A stretch of DNA of 64,000 nucleotides. It comes from an uncultured candidate division Zixibacteria bacterium (GTDB lineage: Bacteria; Zixibacteria; MSB-5A5; UBA10806). The DNA lies in contig CAWDFP010000007.1 of the NCBI GenBank assembly GCA_963801605.1, positions 352,001-416,000 on the forward strand, given 5' to 3'. This document shows positions 44,103 through 55,768 of this stretch, in pieces. Under the pieces are notes generated by a model, which was not told the origin of the DNA, ran no database searches, and was given only the letters and a program-made list of their open reading frames with translations. How positions within the stretch are numbered: position 1 is the first letter of the stretch; the number at the start of each line of letters is the position of its first letter. The position numbers and the translations under genes are program-made.

Positions 44103-44809
44103 GGTTCGACCTTCCTTAATGAATAGATGGCCGCGATTCCCCCCATAATATTTTTATAAGAGGCATGTCGCCATCCAGAGCCGAGGATGGTTTTGACGTC
44201 ATTCTGCCCGGGAAATCCTTTCAGCGAAACGGGCAGATAGCGGTAAGCATACGCTTTGGAAGTAAACAGGCGCGCGAGGAGCGGCGAAAGCCTGTAAAAG
44301 TAAAACTCAAATAGAATAGCTAATAGTTTGTTTTCGGGATGGGCGATCTCCAGATGACGGACGAGACCATCGTGGGTAAGGGTTCGATTGATTTCGCCGG
44401 TAAAGGCATTCAAATCGGTGAGATTTCGGAGGCAGAAAGCAGAGACGGCCCCTCTAAATATATCGTTCTTAAAGGGAAGTTTTTCGGCGTCACAAACGAC
44501 AGTATGATATCTGCCGTTAAATTCCGAAGGAAGATTTTGCCTGATAAGAGAAAGCATTCCGCGGGAAATATCGGTGATGATGACATCACCTTTGAAATCG
44601 GCTTGAGAGAGTATTTCCCGAGACATCTCTCCCCCGCCGGCGCAGAGATCGATTATCAATCCATCTTTGGAGAGGCCGGTAATTGCTTTTTTGCGCCAGC
44701 GGTTATCCTGACCGAAGGAAAGGATGGTATTGAGGAAATCGTATTTTCCGGCGATATCATCGAACATGCGGGTAACGTAAGCTTTTTTGGAGGAGGGATT
44801 AGGTGGCAT
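44099..44809 (-). CDS. menG: UbiE/MenG family methyltransferase
   Basis: MFDDIAGKYDFLNTILSFGQDNRWR, DAEKLPF, FCLRN and AYRYL motifs. Confidence 0.85.
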   Translation of the reverse strand: MPPNPSSKKAYVTRMFDDIAGKYDFLNTILSFGQDNRWRKKAITGLSKDGLIIDLCAGGGEMSREILSQADFKGDVIITDISRGMLSLIRQNLPSEFNGRYHTVVCDAEKLPFKNDIFRGAVSAFCLRNLTDLNAFTGEINRTLTHDGLVRHLEIAHPENKLLAILFEFYFYRLSPLLARLFTSKAYAYRYLPVSLKGFPGQNDVKTILGSGWRHASYKNIMGGIAAIYSLRKVEP

Positions 44810-44822
44810 GGTGGTTTTGTCG

Positions 44823-44857
44823 GTTTTCTCGTCCAAGTGACTCGGAACCCGACCTAC
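44823..44857 (-). repeat. Family-1 REP overlapping the stop codon of the upstream gene
   Basis: GTAGGTCGGGTTCCGAGTCACTTGGACGAGAAAAC on the minus strand. Confidence 0.8.
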
Positions 44858-45891
44858 AACTCCCGATTTACGATAAAATCTATCAAGTCCAATAATATCT
44901 TTCGATATTCAGGATTGATAGCACCGTCGATAGATTCAATAAATGTCTGTCGTGCTTTTTTGGCAAGCGTCTGAGAGATTTGAGCTGCATATTTGATCGA
45001 GTCGTATTTTTTTATAAGGAATAAAAGGCGCTCAATTTCCTCCGGGCGCTTATCCTCGCGGGATTTATTTAGAACTTCAAGCACGAAAAGTTTTTCATCC
45101 GGAGAGCATTTCCGGAGCAAATCGATTACCACCAGCGTACGTTTGCCCTCCCAAAGATCGCCTGCTATCTCCTTGCCGTATTTGCCTATGTCTCCAATAA
45201 GATTTAGGATATCGTCCTGAATTTGGAAGGCTACTCCGAGATCAATGCCGAAACGCACGAAGATGTCTCTATTGGCCGCACCGGCTGTGGCAATCAACGC
45301 CCCTACCCAGGATGGGGTAATAACCGTATACCAGGCGGTCTTGTGACGGCACATATTATAATAGTCTTCATCGGTGAGATCCCATTTGGCGGCGCTCACC
45401 CAGCCGAGTTCGATATGCTGACCGGAAGTGGTTTGGGCGTACATAAACAGGAATTCCTCAATAACCCGTATCGCCAATTCGGCACCGAGGATTTCGCGAT
45501 TGCGCAACAGCATTTCCCACATCTTGCCGGCCAAAGCGTCCCCAGCGTTCAAAGCCAGAGGAATACCGTGCTTGATATGGAGCGCAGGCAGGCCGCGACG
45601 AAGATCCGATTGATCTTCGATATCATCGTGAATGACAATCCAGTTCTGGAATAGTTCAAGGGCGGCGGCGGTATTGAGAGCCCGAGAATCACTGCCTCCG
45701 AAGGCGCGATTGAAGATGAGAAGGAGGCCCGGCCGGAGGCCTTTACCGGCGCGCGAGGGGTAGTCTCTCATCATACGGTAGAGCAGATCGATTTCGGGTG
45801 TCGGGTGCGTTTCGGGCAAGAAATCAAAAATCTCGCGGTCGACATCGGCTTTGAGGGCTTTTAAGAGAACAAAGATATCAGGATGTTCCAT
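44854..45891 (-). CDS. Polyprenyl synthetase (GGPP synthase-like)
   Basis: GKGLRP, IHDDIED..RRG, GQ, KTAWY and FQIQDDIL motifs. Confidence 0.9.
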   Translation of the reverse strand: MEHPDIFVLLKALKADVDREIFDFLPETHPTPEIDLLYRMMRDYPSRAGKGLRPGLLLIFNRAFGGSDSRALNTAAALELFQNWIVIHDDIEDQSDLRRGLPALHIKHGIPLALNAGDALAGKMWEMLLRNREILGAELAIRVIEEFLFMYAQTTSGQHIELGWVSAAKWDLTDEDYYNMCRHKTAWYTVITPSWVGALIATAGAANRDIFVRFGIDLGVAFQIQDDILNLIGDIGKYGKEIAGDLWEGKRTLVVIDLLRKCSPDEKLFVLEVLNKSREDKRPEEIERLLFLIKKYDSIKYAAQISQTLAKKARQTFIESIDGAINPEYRKILLDLIDFIVNREL

Positions 45892-46040
45892 GAGGATTAA
45901 ATATCGGATAATGTTAAGCAAGTCAAATTAAAATTGAAGAATAGTTATGATGTCGGATCATGTTAAGTTTGTAAGCGGCCAACCGCTGACCCACAACGGG
46001 TAATTAGCAAAAAAATGTCAAAACCAGCAACGGGTTTTGA

Positions 46041-48209
46041 TTAACAGGCAGGACTTTTCAGGTTCTTTATAAGATTTTGGGTAAATATTACGCTGGCAGG
46101 GACACTCATAACCTTTTCGATGGCGTTTTTGATTTCATCCATCTGGAAAGGTTTCGGAAGGATACCATCAACTTTTTGCAGGGCTTCCTCGCTATCGAGT
46201 TGGGCGCCCCATCCTGAAATTAACAATACCGGCATGCCGGGATGACGTTCACGGCAGAAACGGGCAACATCCCATCCCCCAACCTCGGGCATACCCAGAT
46301 CGGTTATAACCAGGTCGAATTTTTCGGTTTCAAGAATCTGCAAGGCCTCTTTGCCACCGCCGGCTTTGGTACATTGGTGCCCCAGAAAATCCATCATATC
46401 AGATACGACTTCGAGCAAATTAGTATCATCGTCAACAAGCAAGATCGATAGATTCTGCTGCAAGCCCATTCTGGGCTGCGGCGCTGATTTTTCGGTTGCT
46501 CCGCTCACGAGGTTAAATTTAAATGTAAAGGCCGCACCGTTAGCGGGAGAAGACTCGACTCCAATATCGGCCTGGTGACGGAATAATATTCCGTAAACAA
46601 CCGCCAGGCCCATGCCGACGCCTTTTTTGCCTTTGGTAGTGAAAAATGGGAAAAAGAGTTTATTCTTCACGCTTTCATCCATGCCGATACCATCGTCGCG
46701 AATCTGCAAGACCACCTTACCGCGTTCGACCCAGGTTTTAATCCAGATATTGCCGCCCTCGGGTAGAGCGTCAACCGAATTAAGAATAATATTGCAAAGG
46801 GCCTCTTTGAGTTCATCATGGCTGCCTTCGATAACCACGGCATTACAGAGTTCGCTGTGCATACTGATGGTTATTCCAGCTCTCTGGGCGGTATCTTTCC
46901 AGGCAGGTTTGGTGGTCTCGATAGCGTCCATGATAACGCGATTAAGATCTACCCTGCCAAATTGTAAACGATTGGAAACATGGGTGAAGTCCTGAAGCCT
47001 TCTGACGGTTCGGCGGCCCTTAAGCGTAGCTTCCTCGATAATGCGAAGCTCCTGCTGAAAGACAGGATCTCCTACAGTTTGAAGCAGCAATTGAGTCCGG
47101 CCGAGGATTGTACCCAGAACGTTGTTAAAATCGTGGGCCACTCCCCCAGCCATATCACCAAGGGCTTTTAGCTTCTCGGCCATGATGAGCTGCTCCTGGG
47201 TAGCGGTAAGCTCCTCATAAGCTTTTTCGAGGCTCTCATAGAGCTTGGCGTTTTCGATGGCATCCGCGGTTTGCCTTGCGAAAATGGTCAGGATTTCGAG
47301 GTCTTCCCGGGTAAATATTTTGCCATTGTAGCTCCAAAGGGTAATTACGCCCAAGACATCATCGGACCAGGTCAGAGGGGCGCTGATTAGCGATTCGTTT
47401 TCAACAGGGGTTCCGGGCACCTGGATGCACCTGGGATCGTTTTCAGAATGGTTGGATATAATCCCGACACCGGATTCGCCCACTTTACCGGTGATGCCCT
47501 CGCCAAGCTTGAGATATACGGAATTTAATTCATCTTTATAGCGATCATCAAGGGTAACCAGAGGTTTTAATAGCAGATCTTCTTTATCGAGAAGGAATAT
47601 AGAGCCACCATCAGCACCCATGATTTCCGTAGAAAGTCTGACGGCCTTTTGCAGAACATCCTTGTAGTTTAAAGAGGAATAGATGGCGGTAGAAAGCTCA
47701 AGGAGAGCAGCCAGTTTATCGCCGCGTTCCCTGGCACTTCTTTTATTTTGATAGGCTTTAATCGATAAACAGATTTGATCGCTCAAAAGACCAGCCTTCA
47801 TGGAATCCTCGCTGGAGGGTTTGTGCGGGTCCTGCCAGAGCCAGCAACAGTAGCCGTTATGGCCTTTATCTGTAATAAAAGGAGCAATCAAGAGACTTGA
47901 GCAATAGGTTATTTCCAACAAGCTTCTGGCAAAGCCATTTTCACTCTGACGACTGTAGAAATGAACATTGCCGTCGGTCCAGGCAGTTATCCACAAACTA
48001 TCAGGGAGAGTGCGTAGACTTCGAATGAGGCCGCCACGATCGAATGAAGCGCCGGTATCATCCCCAAACAAGTCAAAATCGCGGCGCTCCTGTCCGCCAA
48101 TAATAACCATCAACAGGTCTGATCTCAGAGCGCCTTTGGTCTTCTCCAGGGTCGATTTGAATATCGACTTATCAACGATAGGTTTTGTCGGATCAGATCT
48201 GATCAACAA
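46041..48209 (-). CDS. Hybrid histidine kinase (GAF-HisKA-HATPase-REC); start approximate
   Basis: GAF, VAHDFNN, NIILNSVDA, DDGIGM, FFTTK, GMGL; REC with DLGMP. Confidence 0.9.
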   Translation of the reverse strand: MLIRSDPTKPIVDKSIFKSTLEKTKGALRSDLLMVIIGGQERRDFDLFGDDTGASFDRGGLIRSLRTLPDSLWITAWTDGNVHFYSRQSENGFARSLLEITYCSSLLIAPFITDKGHNGYCCWLWQDPHKPSSEDSMKAGLLSDQICLSIKAYQNKRSARERGDKLAALLELSTAIYSSLNYKDVLQKAVRLSTEIMGADGGSIFLLDKEDLLLKPLVTLDDRYKDELNSVYLKLGEGITGKVGESGVGIISNHSENDPRCIQVPGTPVENESLISAPLTWSDDVLGVITLWSYNGKIFTREDLEILTIFARQTADAIENAKLYESLEKAYEELTATQEQLIMAEKLKALGDMAGGVAHDFNNVLGTILGRTQLLLQTVGDPVFQQELRIIEEATLKGRRTVRRLQDFTHVSNRLQFGRVDLNRVIMDAIETTKPAWKDTAQRAGITISMHSELCNAVVIEGSHDELKEALCNIILNSVDALPEGGNIWIKTWVERGKVVLQIRDDGIGMDESVKNKLFFPFFTTKGKKGVGMGLAVVYGILFRHQADIGVESSPANGAAFTFKFNLVSGATEKSAPQPRMGLQQNLSILLVDDDTNLLEVVSDMMDFLGHQCTKAGGGKEALQILETEKFDLVITDLGMPEVGGWDVARFCRERHPGMPVLLISGWGAQLDSEEALQKVDGILPKPFQMDEIKNAIEKVMSVPASVIFTQNLIKNLKSPAC

Positions 48210-51200
48210 GCACCTCGTCCGGCGAACAATAAAATACCTTATCAACCGCTTTCAAAATTTCCTCTATCTTAAACGGCTTACCAATAACTGCATTAACATG
48301 ATGAACACGCAAGTTTTCAATATCGAGATTAGCGCCCCAGCCGGTGGCCATAATTATCCGCATTTCGGGATTATCTCTGTAAATGGCATCGGCCAATTCC
48401 CAACCGGACAGGCCGGTCATTCCGAGATCGGTAATTACAAGATCGTATTTTTTGCTATTAATCATTTCCAGGGCCGCTACGGGATTTGAGACAGCGTCAG
48501 CCTGATGGCCGCCCGATATCAATATCTCAACCAGGACATCGCGGAATCCCTCTTCATCATCAACGATGAGAATGCTGCGATTTTTTTCGTTAGAGCTGCC
48601 GTTCATAATCGTGTTTATATGATTTTTAATTTCCTGCCGAGCGGGTAAAATGATGATAAATTTAGTGCCCTTCCCAAGCTCGGATTCAACTTCAATGGTC
48701 CCCTTATGACGGCCAATAATGCCATAGGTCACCGAAAGTCCCAAACCGGTGCCGGCATCGCCTTTGGTGGTGAAGAACGGCTCGAAAATCCGCTTACGTG
48801 TATCGGCGGACATTCCCAGACCCGTATCTTCGACCGTTATTCTAATCATATTATCGGCATTATAGCGGGCATCGATAACGATCCTGGCGTCACTGTTTAT
48901 GGCGTCAACCGCATTATTAATGAGATTGATAAATACTTCACGAAGCTCACTGGGGCTGCCGGTGGTAACGAGGTCGCCCTCGTGATTGAAAACCAGATCA
49001 ATCGATTTGCCCTTGGCCAGAGCCTGATCGTGCCAGCGAGGGCGAGTTAGTTCGATAGTATCCGCGATAATCTGATCGAGATGAATTTCAACGAATTTTC
49101 CGGATGGTTTTTTCTTTGTAAATTCGCTGATCCTCGAAAGTATATGAGAACCGTCATTGGCGGCTTTTTCAATCAGCTCGAGGTTTTTCTCTAAAAATTG
49201 CCGTCCGGGCCAATCGTCATATTTTTTAATTTTAATGGTTATAATTTGTAAGCCGTCCCAGAATTGCCGCCAGGATATTATTGAAATCATGAACAACGCC
49301 CGAAGACATTTCGCCAAGAGCTCTCAATTTTTCCGTCTGAATTATACGATCCTGAGCATCCTGCACTTGCTCATAAGCAGTTTTTAACTCTTTATAAAGC
49401 TGAGCATTCTGCCAGGCGATCCGCAGATGTACAGCCAGGTCCTTAATTAACTGAAGTTCCTGCGTAGAGAATCCATCAGAACGAGACGTTCCCACAATCA
49501 TAACGGCTTCGGCCCGGGACTCATCTCCGATGGGGAATAATGCCAGATTTCTGATGCCGGCGTCGACCACGGACTGCAATTTTTCGGGCACGCCAAGATT
49601 GGCCAACTGCGAGAACGATACAAATTCCGGGGAGGCGTTAAGCATAACCGATTTGAGTTTATCTTCAAGCATGGCCAACATAGCCTCGGTGGATATAATT
49701 CCGGCTGATTTAGGCGAATAGCCAATTTTGAAGATAAATGAATCACCGTCAGGCACTACCAGTGAGGTCCAGCGGTAGCCGGCATTATCGGTTATGGTTT
49801 TGGCCACTACCCGGAAGAAGCTATCGAGATCGAGAGTAGCCGAGATAGCCTTATTAATATTATCTATCAGCGAAAGTCGTTCGGCCTTTTGAATTGATTC
49901 CTCAAATAAACAGGAATTATCGATGGTAACTGCCATGATATCGCCCAAAGTATCGAGGGTGCTGATATCTTCCGAAGTGAAACCATCGAATTCCATCGAC
50001 TCGACGTCGAGCACTCCAAGTATCTTATCGCCGGCGATAAGCGGAATGCAAACCTCGCTCTTAACATCGTCGACGCCCATGACATAATCCGGTTCCAATA
50101 AGACATCAGGGCTGTAAACAGTTTTTTGGGATTTGATAGCCGCACCCACCAGGCCGCATCCCTCGGCAACGGCGAAATCGGCGGGCAACTTTTTATCGCA
50201 GGACGACGCCTGATATCCAAGATAATAGCGGCGTTTGACCTGATCGAGCATAAATACGGCCACGAGTTGATAACCAAAAGCTTCCTGAATCGAATCGGCG
50301 GCAATTTTTATAACTTCCTGGACGTTTAATGATTTCGATATTTTTTTGGAAAATTCAAAAATAGTATTAAGCTTTATTCCCCGCTCCCGTTCCTGCTCGA
50401 AGAGACGGGCGCGCTCCATAGAAACGGCGATCTGGGCGGCGAGGGCTCTTAAGAAATTTTCATGCATTTCACCGAAAGCGCATTTGTTTAACGACCCTAC
50501 CATAATAATGCCGGTAATCTTATTTCCCAATTTTACAGGGACCGCTAATTCGGATAAAAGCTTCGGGAACGATGGCCTGACAGCAGTTTCAACCCGGAAA
50601 TCCTCGATAATTACGGATTGGCCGCTTTCAATCACTTTTTCGGAGACGGAATTGGTCAACCCGGATGCCAGCTTATCGGTACCGGGCCTCATGTTAGTGC
50701 TATTTACCACCAGGGGGTTCAGAGTATGAGTTATCTCATCAACAAGATATACGCCTGCGACGTTATAGTGCAGGTAGTCGTTAACGGCGATCAACACTTT
50801 TTCGAGCATGGAATTGATATTTGTTTCAGAATGAATAACGCCGCTGACGTTGTACAGTGTGGTAAGTTGATCGACCTTGTTATTAATAAAGGCATACAGC
50901 CTGGCGTTTTCGATGGCTGAAGCTGCTTGCGATACGATTGCCTGCACGAAACTGAGCCTGTCGGGAGCTACTCCGGCGCGGATAATTGATCTTTCCTCAC
51001 CCAAAATAACGGCGCCGATAGCTTTGGCCGAATGGGAAATCGGGAGAATCGACAGAAGCTTGACCGAATCTGTCCGGAAGAAGCGCTTTTCGAGGCTGGT
51101 TAAATCGGCATATTCCTGCGGCCCCAAAATGATGGTTCTCTTAGCCGACATCGATTCTGCGACGCGCGGCAGATCGGCGATATTGATCCGGGCGGAATCA

Positions 51201-52864
51201 GGGACGCTGATTCCCTGCTGCCGTCGGGTATGGAATGAAGCAACCTCCATGATACCTTCGAAGTCGGTATTTAGAAGAATCAGGCAATAAGTGGCATCGG
51301 CGTAATCGGTCAGTTTACTGGCCACCACCTGCAAGACGGATTGCAAATCAAGTTTGGATGAAATGGCCAGGGAAGTTTCCTGAAGAATCTTGGTTTTATC
51401 ATAACGGGCTTGCTTGCCCTTTTCAACCTCAAGCCCGTATAGCAATCCTGCCAATAACTTTTTGACAATGTCAGAACACTGTTCAGGCATCATCAGGAAA
51501 GGATTCGATTGTCCGGAGATCAGGACTAAAAGCCCCATAAATTGAGCCTTGACTGTCAACGGGATTACCGCTAAATGCTGGTCTGGTTCAAATAATTTTC
51601 GCCAGGGCTCATCGGGATAATCGCCTCCGGTGAAATAGAGGCTTTCCTCCTGATTTCGAGCATGCTTAATGAAACTTAAGCCGGCGGACGATTGACAGAT
51701 GGCACTCAGGAGTTCATCGGTAATATTATTTTTGCAGGCTGCCTGCGCACCGTTGTCTGAGGGATCCAAAGTAAGGATTACTCCGGAAGCTGATCCGGTA
51801 GTGCTAACGATGAGCGACAGGATTTCCGCCAGAGACGTCTGCTCGTAACCCTTTTCCTGAATGATGGCCAGGGCGGCGGCAGTCAAATCGATTGATCTCT
51901 TTAAACCTGCTTTCTCGTTTTGATTTTCGTCAACAAGCTGGAATATCTCAGTTAGTTCGGGCATTTCATTTTTCAATGAATCGTGATCCCGTCGGAATAT
52001 ATCGACGCCATGTTTTTGCCGTTTGAGGATTTTTCTTAAGATCGCCGAGTGGTTGGCGAACGATTCAAAGTACCGATAAAGCAAAAAACAAAAAAGGATA
52101 AATCCTATAAAGGGCAAGAATCCCAAGGCGATAATTTCCCATCCTGAAATAATCGATTTTTTGACAGCCGCATGCTTGATATTCACTCCCACCAACGACA
52201 CTTGTTTGCCATCGAAAGTAGTAACGGCGTATTTAGCAACGGAATCAGGCAGAGTGGTTGAGATAGAATTTGTCAGGGGTAAGGATTGTTTATAGATTCT
52301 GTGGTCAGTATCTACCGAGGCATACAGTTTATCGATAGGCAGGGCAATAACGAGGATGTCCTTAAGCGCTTTCGAGAAACCGGCCGTATCGCCGGTGAGC
52401 CGGTAACCGGAAACAGAATAGAAGTTATTATTATATGCGATATGGCCATTATCAAAACCGCTCTTAATCATGGCGCGATAGTTTTTTATTAATATGGAGT
52501 CGGAGTTACCCTGAGCGGAAATCAATTTATCATTTGAATCAATAAAATAAATTAGAGAATTGGTAATTCCTTTTCCTGAAAATTCCTGTTTGATAACATC
52601 GATGGCTTCCTCGGAACTCTGGCCGCGCTTAAGATGCCTCTGCAATACTCCGGCGGCATCCATAAGCATGTCGTGAGCCAGGAGATCGGAAGTCTTCTGG
52701 ATATATTCAAAATAGGAATAGGTCTCGCTTTGTTCGATACCGGCAATTTGCCGGTTGGTATTATAGTTATTGATATAAATCAGAATAAACGAAAATAAGG
52801 TTATCGTTAGCCCGATGCCCGCCGTTTTAGTAAAAAGAGATTTTCTTGAACCGACTATTTTCAT
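48193..52864 (-). CDS. Membrane multi-GAF hybrid histidine kinase (frameshift near 49250)
   Basis: Two TM helices, about five GAF-like domains, VVHDFNN; HATPase and REC continue in the 48193-49317 frame. Confidence 0.85.
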
Positions 52865-52867
52865 TTT

Positions 52868-54904
52868 TTAGGATTTTTCAGTAGTTCCCGCCGATATTTC
52901 ATGAATTTTGGCCGCGTTGCGCTCAATTATATTAAGGTAATGCCCCACTTCCTGCTCCAAGTCAGGATGACTTTTTTGCAGGTATTCGCAGGATGCCATG
53001 ATCCCCGCCAGCGGGCCGTTCAGGCGCGATTTGAAAGTTGGAGCCAGGTCGGGTGATTGGGCCCTGACCGATTGTTTTTGAATGATTGTAATCTTTTTTT
53101 TTCCTTCAATAATTTCCTGCGAAACTCTTTTCTCTTTATGCCACGACAGGACTATCGAGATCATAGCCGAAAGATTCGACGCAAAAAGCTCGGCCTGTTC
53201 GGAAGCAGGTTCTCTATCGCGTCCACGAAATTCGCCGAACGTTATTATTCCGACGGAATCAGCACCGATGACGAGCGGCAGCATCAAGCCGCGCTGGACA
53301 CCCCTGGGCAGAATTAGATCGGCCTCGGGGCCGGTGATTTTTCGGGAAGAATCCGATTGATCAAATTCGATAGATTTCCCGGTGATAAGGACTCGCCTGT
53401 GGAGCTCCAATTCCGAGGTTGGGAGCAGATCGAGGGTGGCAGGCCATTCCAAATTCCTGACTTGAGCCAGGGCGGCGGTCTTAATATTTTGCTTTTGAGG
53501 ATCAGTCAGGCTAATCCGGCAATAGGTTGCCATACCCAGGTCTATCACCAAATTTGCCATTTCCTGCAAAAGTGCGCTGACGTTATCGGTCGCCAGGGCT
53601 CGTTCGTGATAATGTCTGATAGCGCCCAACCATTGAGACGTTTGCAGCTTGACTTTCTCCAGATTATCGAAATTAATTTTTCTGGAAACAAGTTGGCTCC
53701 AAACGAGGAGAAGATCGGGCAAATATGACGGTGAATTTTCCAATCGTATTTCCAGCCAGGCCTGGCAATCGTTTCCGGTATCAAGCTGGATTAAGGCAGC
53801 CTTCCGCTCAAAAACCTGGTATGGCGCCTTGCTGGCGGATACTTTATACAACTGAGGGTAATCGGATTTATCGAAATGGCCTTCGATGTGATTGACCTTT
53901 CCCCCACCGGGCAGGCTAAAGTCATGGGTCTTAACACGGCCGTTAGCGGATAGGTAAAGGTTAAGTTCATCAAAAGGCAAATGGGCATAGGCTGCCCTGG
54001 CCGAATCAAGCAGGACCGAAAGGAGCGGGGCGTTCAGATTGAATGGGGCTGAAATAAGCCTGGTGAGTTCGCGGAAGCCCGATTCTTGAAGCAGTTTGTG
54101 TTCGGTCTTTTCGGTTTTAATGATATTAGTCAGGGCTGAACGAACCATCTCGAAGATAGCGAGAACGTCCCTGGAAAAATCATGCTTTTTAGAGGAAAGA
54201 ACGGTTAGGACTGCCAGTACTTCGTTATCAATGATAATAGGCAAGCTTAATCCGGAAGCGATTACACAGTTTTTGGCGTCGATTCGAACCGCCGAATTCA
54301 AATCGGAGGAAGTATCGGAGATCATGATCTCCCGGCTGGTACAAACTTCATAAAAGAGGCTATTTTTCTGCGGGGATCGAAGAGTCTGCTCGGATTCCGA
54401 TGATAGGCCGCATTGGAACATAAGGCTCAGATTGCCGGAGTTATCAAGTTTGTGGAGGGTTAAGGCTTGACTGTCAAGAGCGAGAAGAAGGTATTTGGAG
54501 ATAGCATCAATAAAAGAATTAGCGGAATGCTCTTCCAGGACGATGGCGGTGATTCTTTCGGTAAATAGTTTGAGACGCAATTTGCCCATCGGTTCGAAAA
54601 GATTTTCACGGTGATCCTGAGACCATTCTATGACGCCCCAGAGAAGCATGGTCCATCCGATGAGATAGCCAAACAGGGTTTCGAGATAGAATGATACGCC
54701 CGATGAAAGGAGCCATTCGCCCATAAGGCCCAGGCGCGAGATAATGCCAATTACGGCGCCGGAGGCGATCATCAATAGTCCGCTTTTAAGTTTGACGGCA
54801 ATTTGACTACCGGCAGGTTTTGATGAGAAATCAAGTTTTGATAGAATAATTAAGAGCGAACCGGTGCCCAAAAGCCAGATTAGCTTTTCCTGAAGTATTT
54901 GCAT
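52868..54904 (-). CDS. Membrane GAF protein ending in a degenerate HisKA helix, with no HATPase
   Basis: N-terminal TM helices, GAF domains, SRLNGPLAGIMASCEYL...YLNIIERNAAKI then stop. Confidence 0.75.
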   Translation of the reverse strand: MQILQEKLIWLLGTGSLLIILSKLDFSSKPAGSQIAVKLKSGLLMIASGAVIGIISRLGLMGEWLLSSGVSFYLETLFGYLIGWTMLLWGVIEWSQDHRENLFEPMGKLRLKLFTERITAIVLEEHSANSFIDAISKYLLLALDSQALTLHKLDNSGNLSLMFQCGLSSESEQTLRSPQKNSLFYEVCTSREIMISDTSSDLNSAVRIDAKNCVIASGLSLPIIIDNEVLAVLTVLSSKKHDFSRDVLAIFEMVRSALTNIIKTEKTEHKLLQESGFRELTRLISAPFNLNAPLLSVLLDSARAAYAHLPFDELNLYLSANGRVKTHDFSLPGGGKVNHIEGHFDKSDYPQLYKVSASKAPYQVFERKAALIQLDTGNDCQAWLEIRLENSPSYLPDLLLVWSQLVSRKINFDNLEKVKLQTSQWLGAIRHYHERALATDNVSALLQEMANLVIDLGMATYCRISLTDPQKQNIKTAALAQVRNLEWPATLDLLPTSELELHRRVLITGKSIEFDQSDSSRKITGPEADLILPRGVQRGLMLPLVIGADSVGIITFGEFRGRDREPASEQAELFASNLSAMISIVLSWHKEKRVSQEIIEGKKKITIIQKQSVRAQSPDLAPTFKSRLNGPLAGIMASCEYLQKSHPDLEQEVGHYLNIIERNAAKIHEISAGTTEKS

Positions 54905-55174
54905 AATATTCCCCTTGCCCCTTCCTGAATTTGATTATCGACAGAATATTGGCATAGTTAAGGGAGCAATGAACTTGACAATTAAAATCCGTTAAAATAA
55001 TATGGATATGTATGGGCAGGAAATTGGACTACTTTTTCGCAAATTCAATAACAAATTCCGTTAGAAATTCAATATTAAATCGATATTTTGAATATTTTTG
55101 GGGACTCCGGGTATCAGTATGTGAGGTATATGCTCATGGATGGTTACCCGTTGGGAATGATAAAAGCGGCCTGG

Positions 55175-55768
55175 ATGGGAATAAGATTGCCTGAAAAAGC
55201 GGCTGCAATCGATTGTAGCGATAATGAGCTCGTTAAGCAAACCTTAAGGGGCAAAATAGCCTCGTTTAAGGAGCTTGTAGGGCGTTATCAGAAACAAGCC
55301 TATTTCTTTGCGAGGGGTATGGTTCATAACTCGGACGATGCCTATGATCTTTCGCAGGAGGCTTTTGTAAGGGTATATAAACATCTCAGCAGGTTCGATC
55401 AGGCCTATCCTTTTAAGGTTTGGTTGTTTCATATACTCTCCAATCTCTGCAAAAACCATATCCGTCAGAAAAAGACCAGAGATAAGGTGGTAGTATCATC
55501 GGATGAGGCCGCCGAATTGGCAGTATCAGGAGCGGCAGAACCCGACCGGCTTTTCAGCCAATCGGAAGTCCAGAAGCAGGTTTGGAAGGCGATCGGGCAG
55601 CTTCCCGAGAAATTCCGAGAGATTATAATTTTAAGCCATTTCGAGGAGATGTCTTACGATCAAATCGCGCAGACGCTGGATATTCCCCGCGGTTCGGTGA
55701 TGTCTCGTCTCTATTATGCCCGACTGAAACTGAGGGAGATACTCGAAACAATGGGGGTGGAAATATGA
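55175..55768 (+). CDS. ECF sigma factor (start approximate)
   Basis: DAYDLSQEAF, FKVWLFHI, MSYDQIAQTLDIPRGSVMSRLYYAR. Confidence 0.92.
   Translation: MGIRLPEKAAAIDCSDNELVKQTLRGKIASFKELVGRYQKQAYFFARGMVHNSDDAYDLSQEAFVRVYKHLSRFDQAYPFKVWLFHILSNLCKNHIRQKKTRDKVVVSSDEAAELAVSGAAEPDRLFSQSEVQKQVWKAIGQLPEKFREIIILSHFEEMSYDQIAQTLDIPRGSVMSRLYYARLKLREILETMGVEI

Noticed and set aside
49232..49317. Programmed frameshift or deliberately split kinase
   Set aside because: No slippery site at the break, and the same defect type recurs throughout the window
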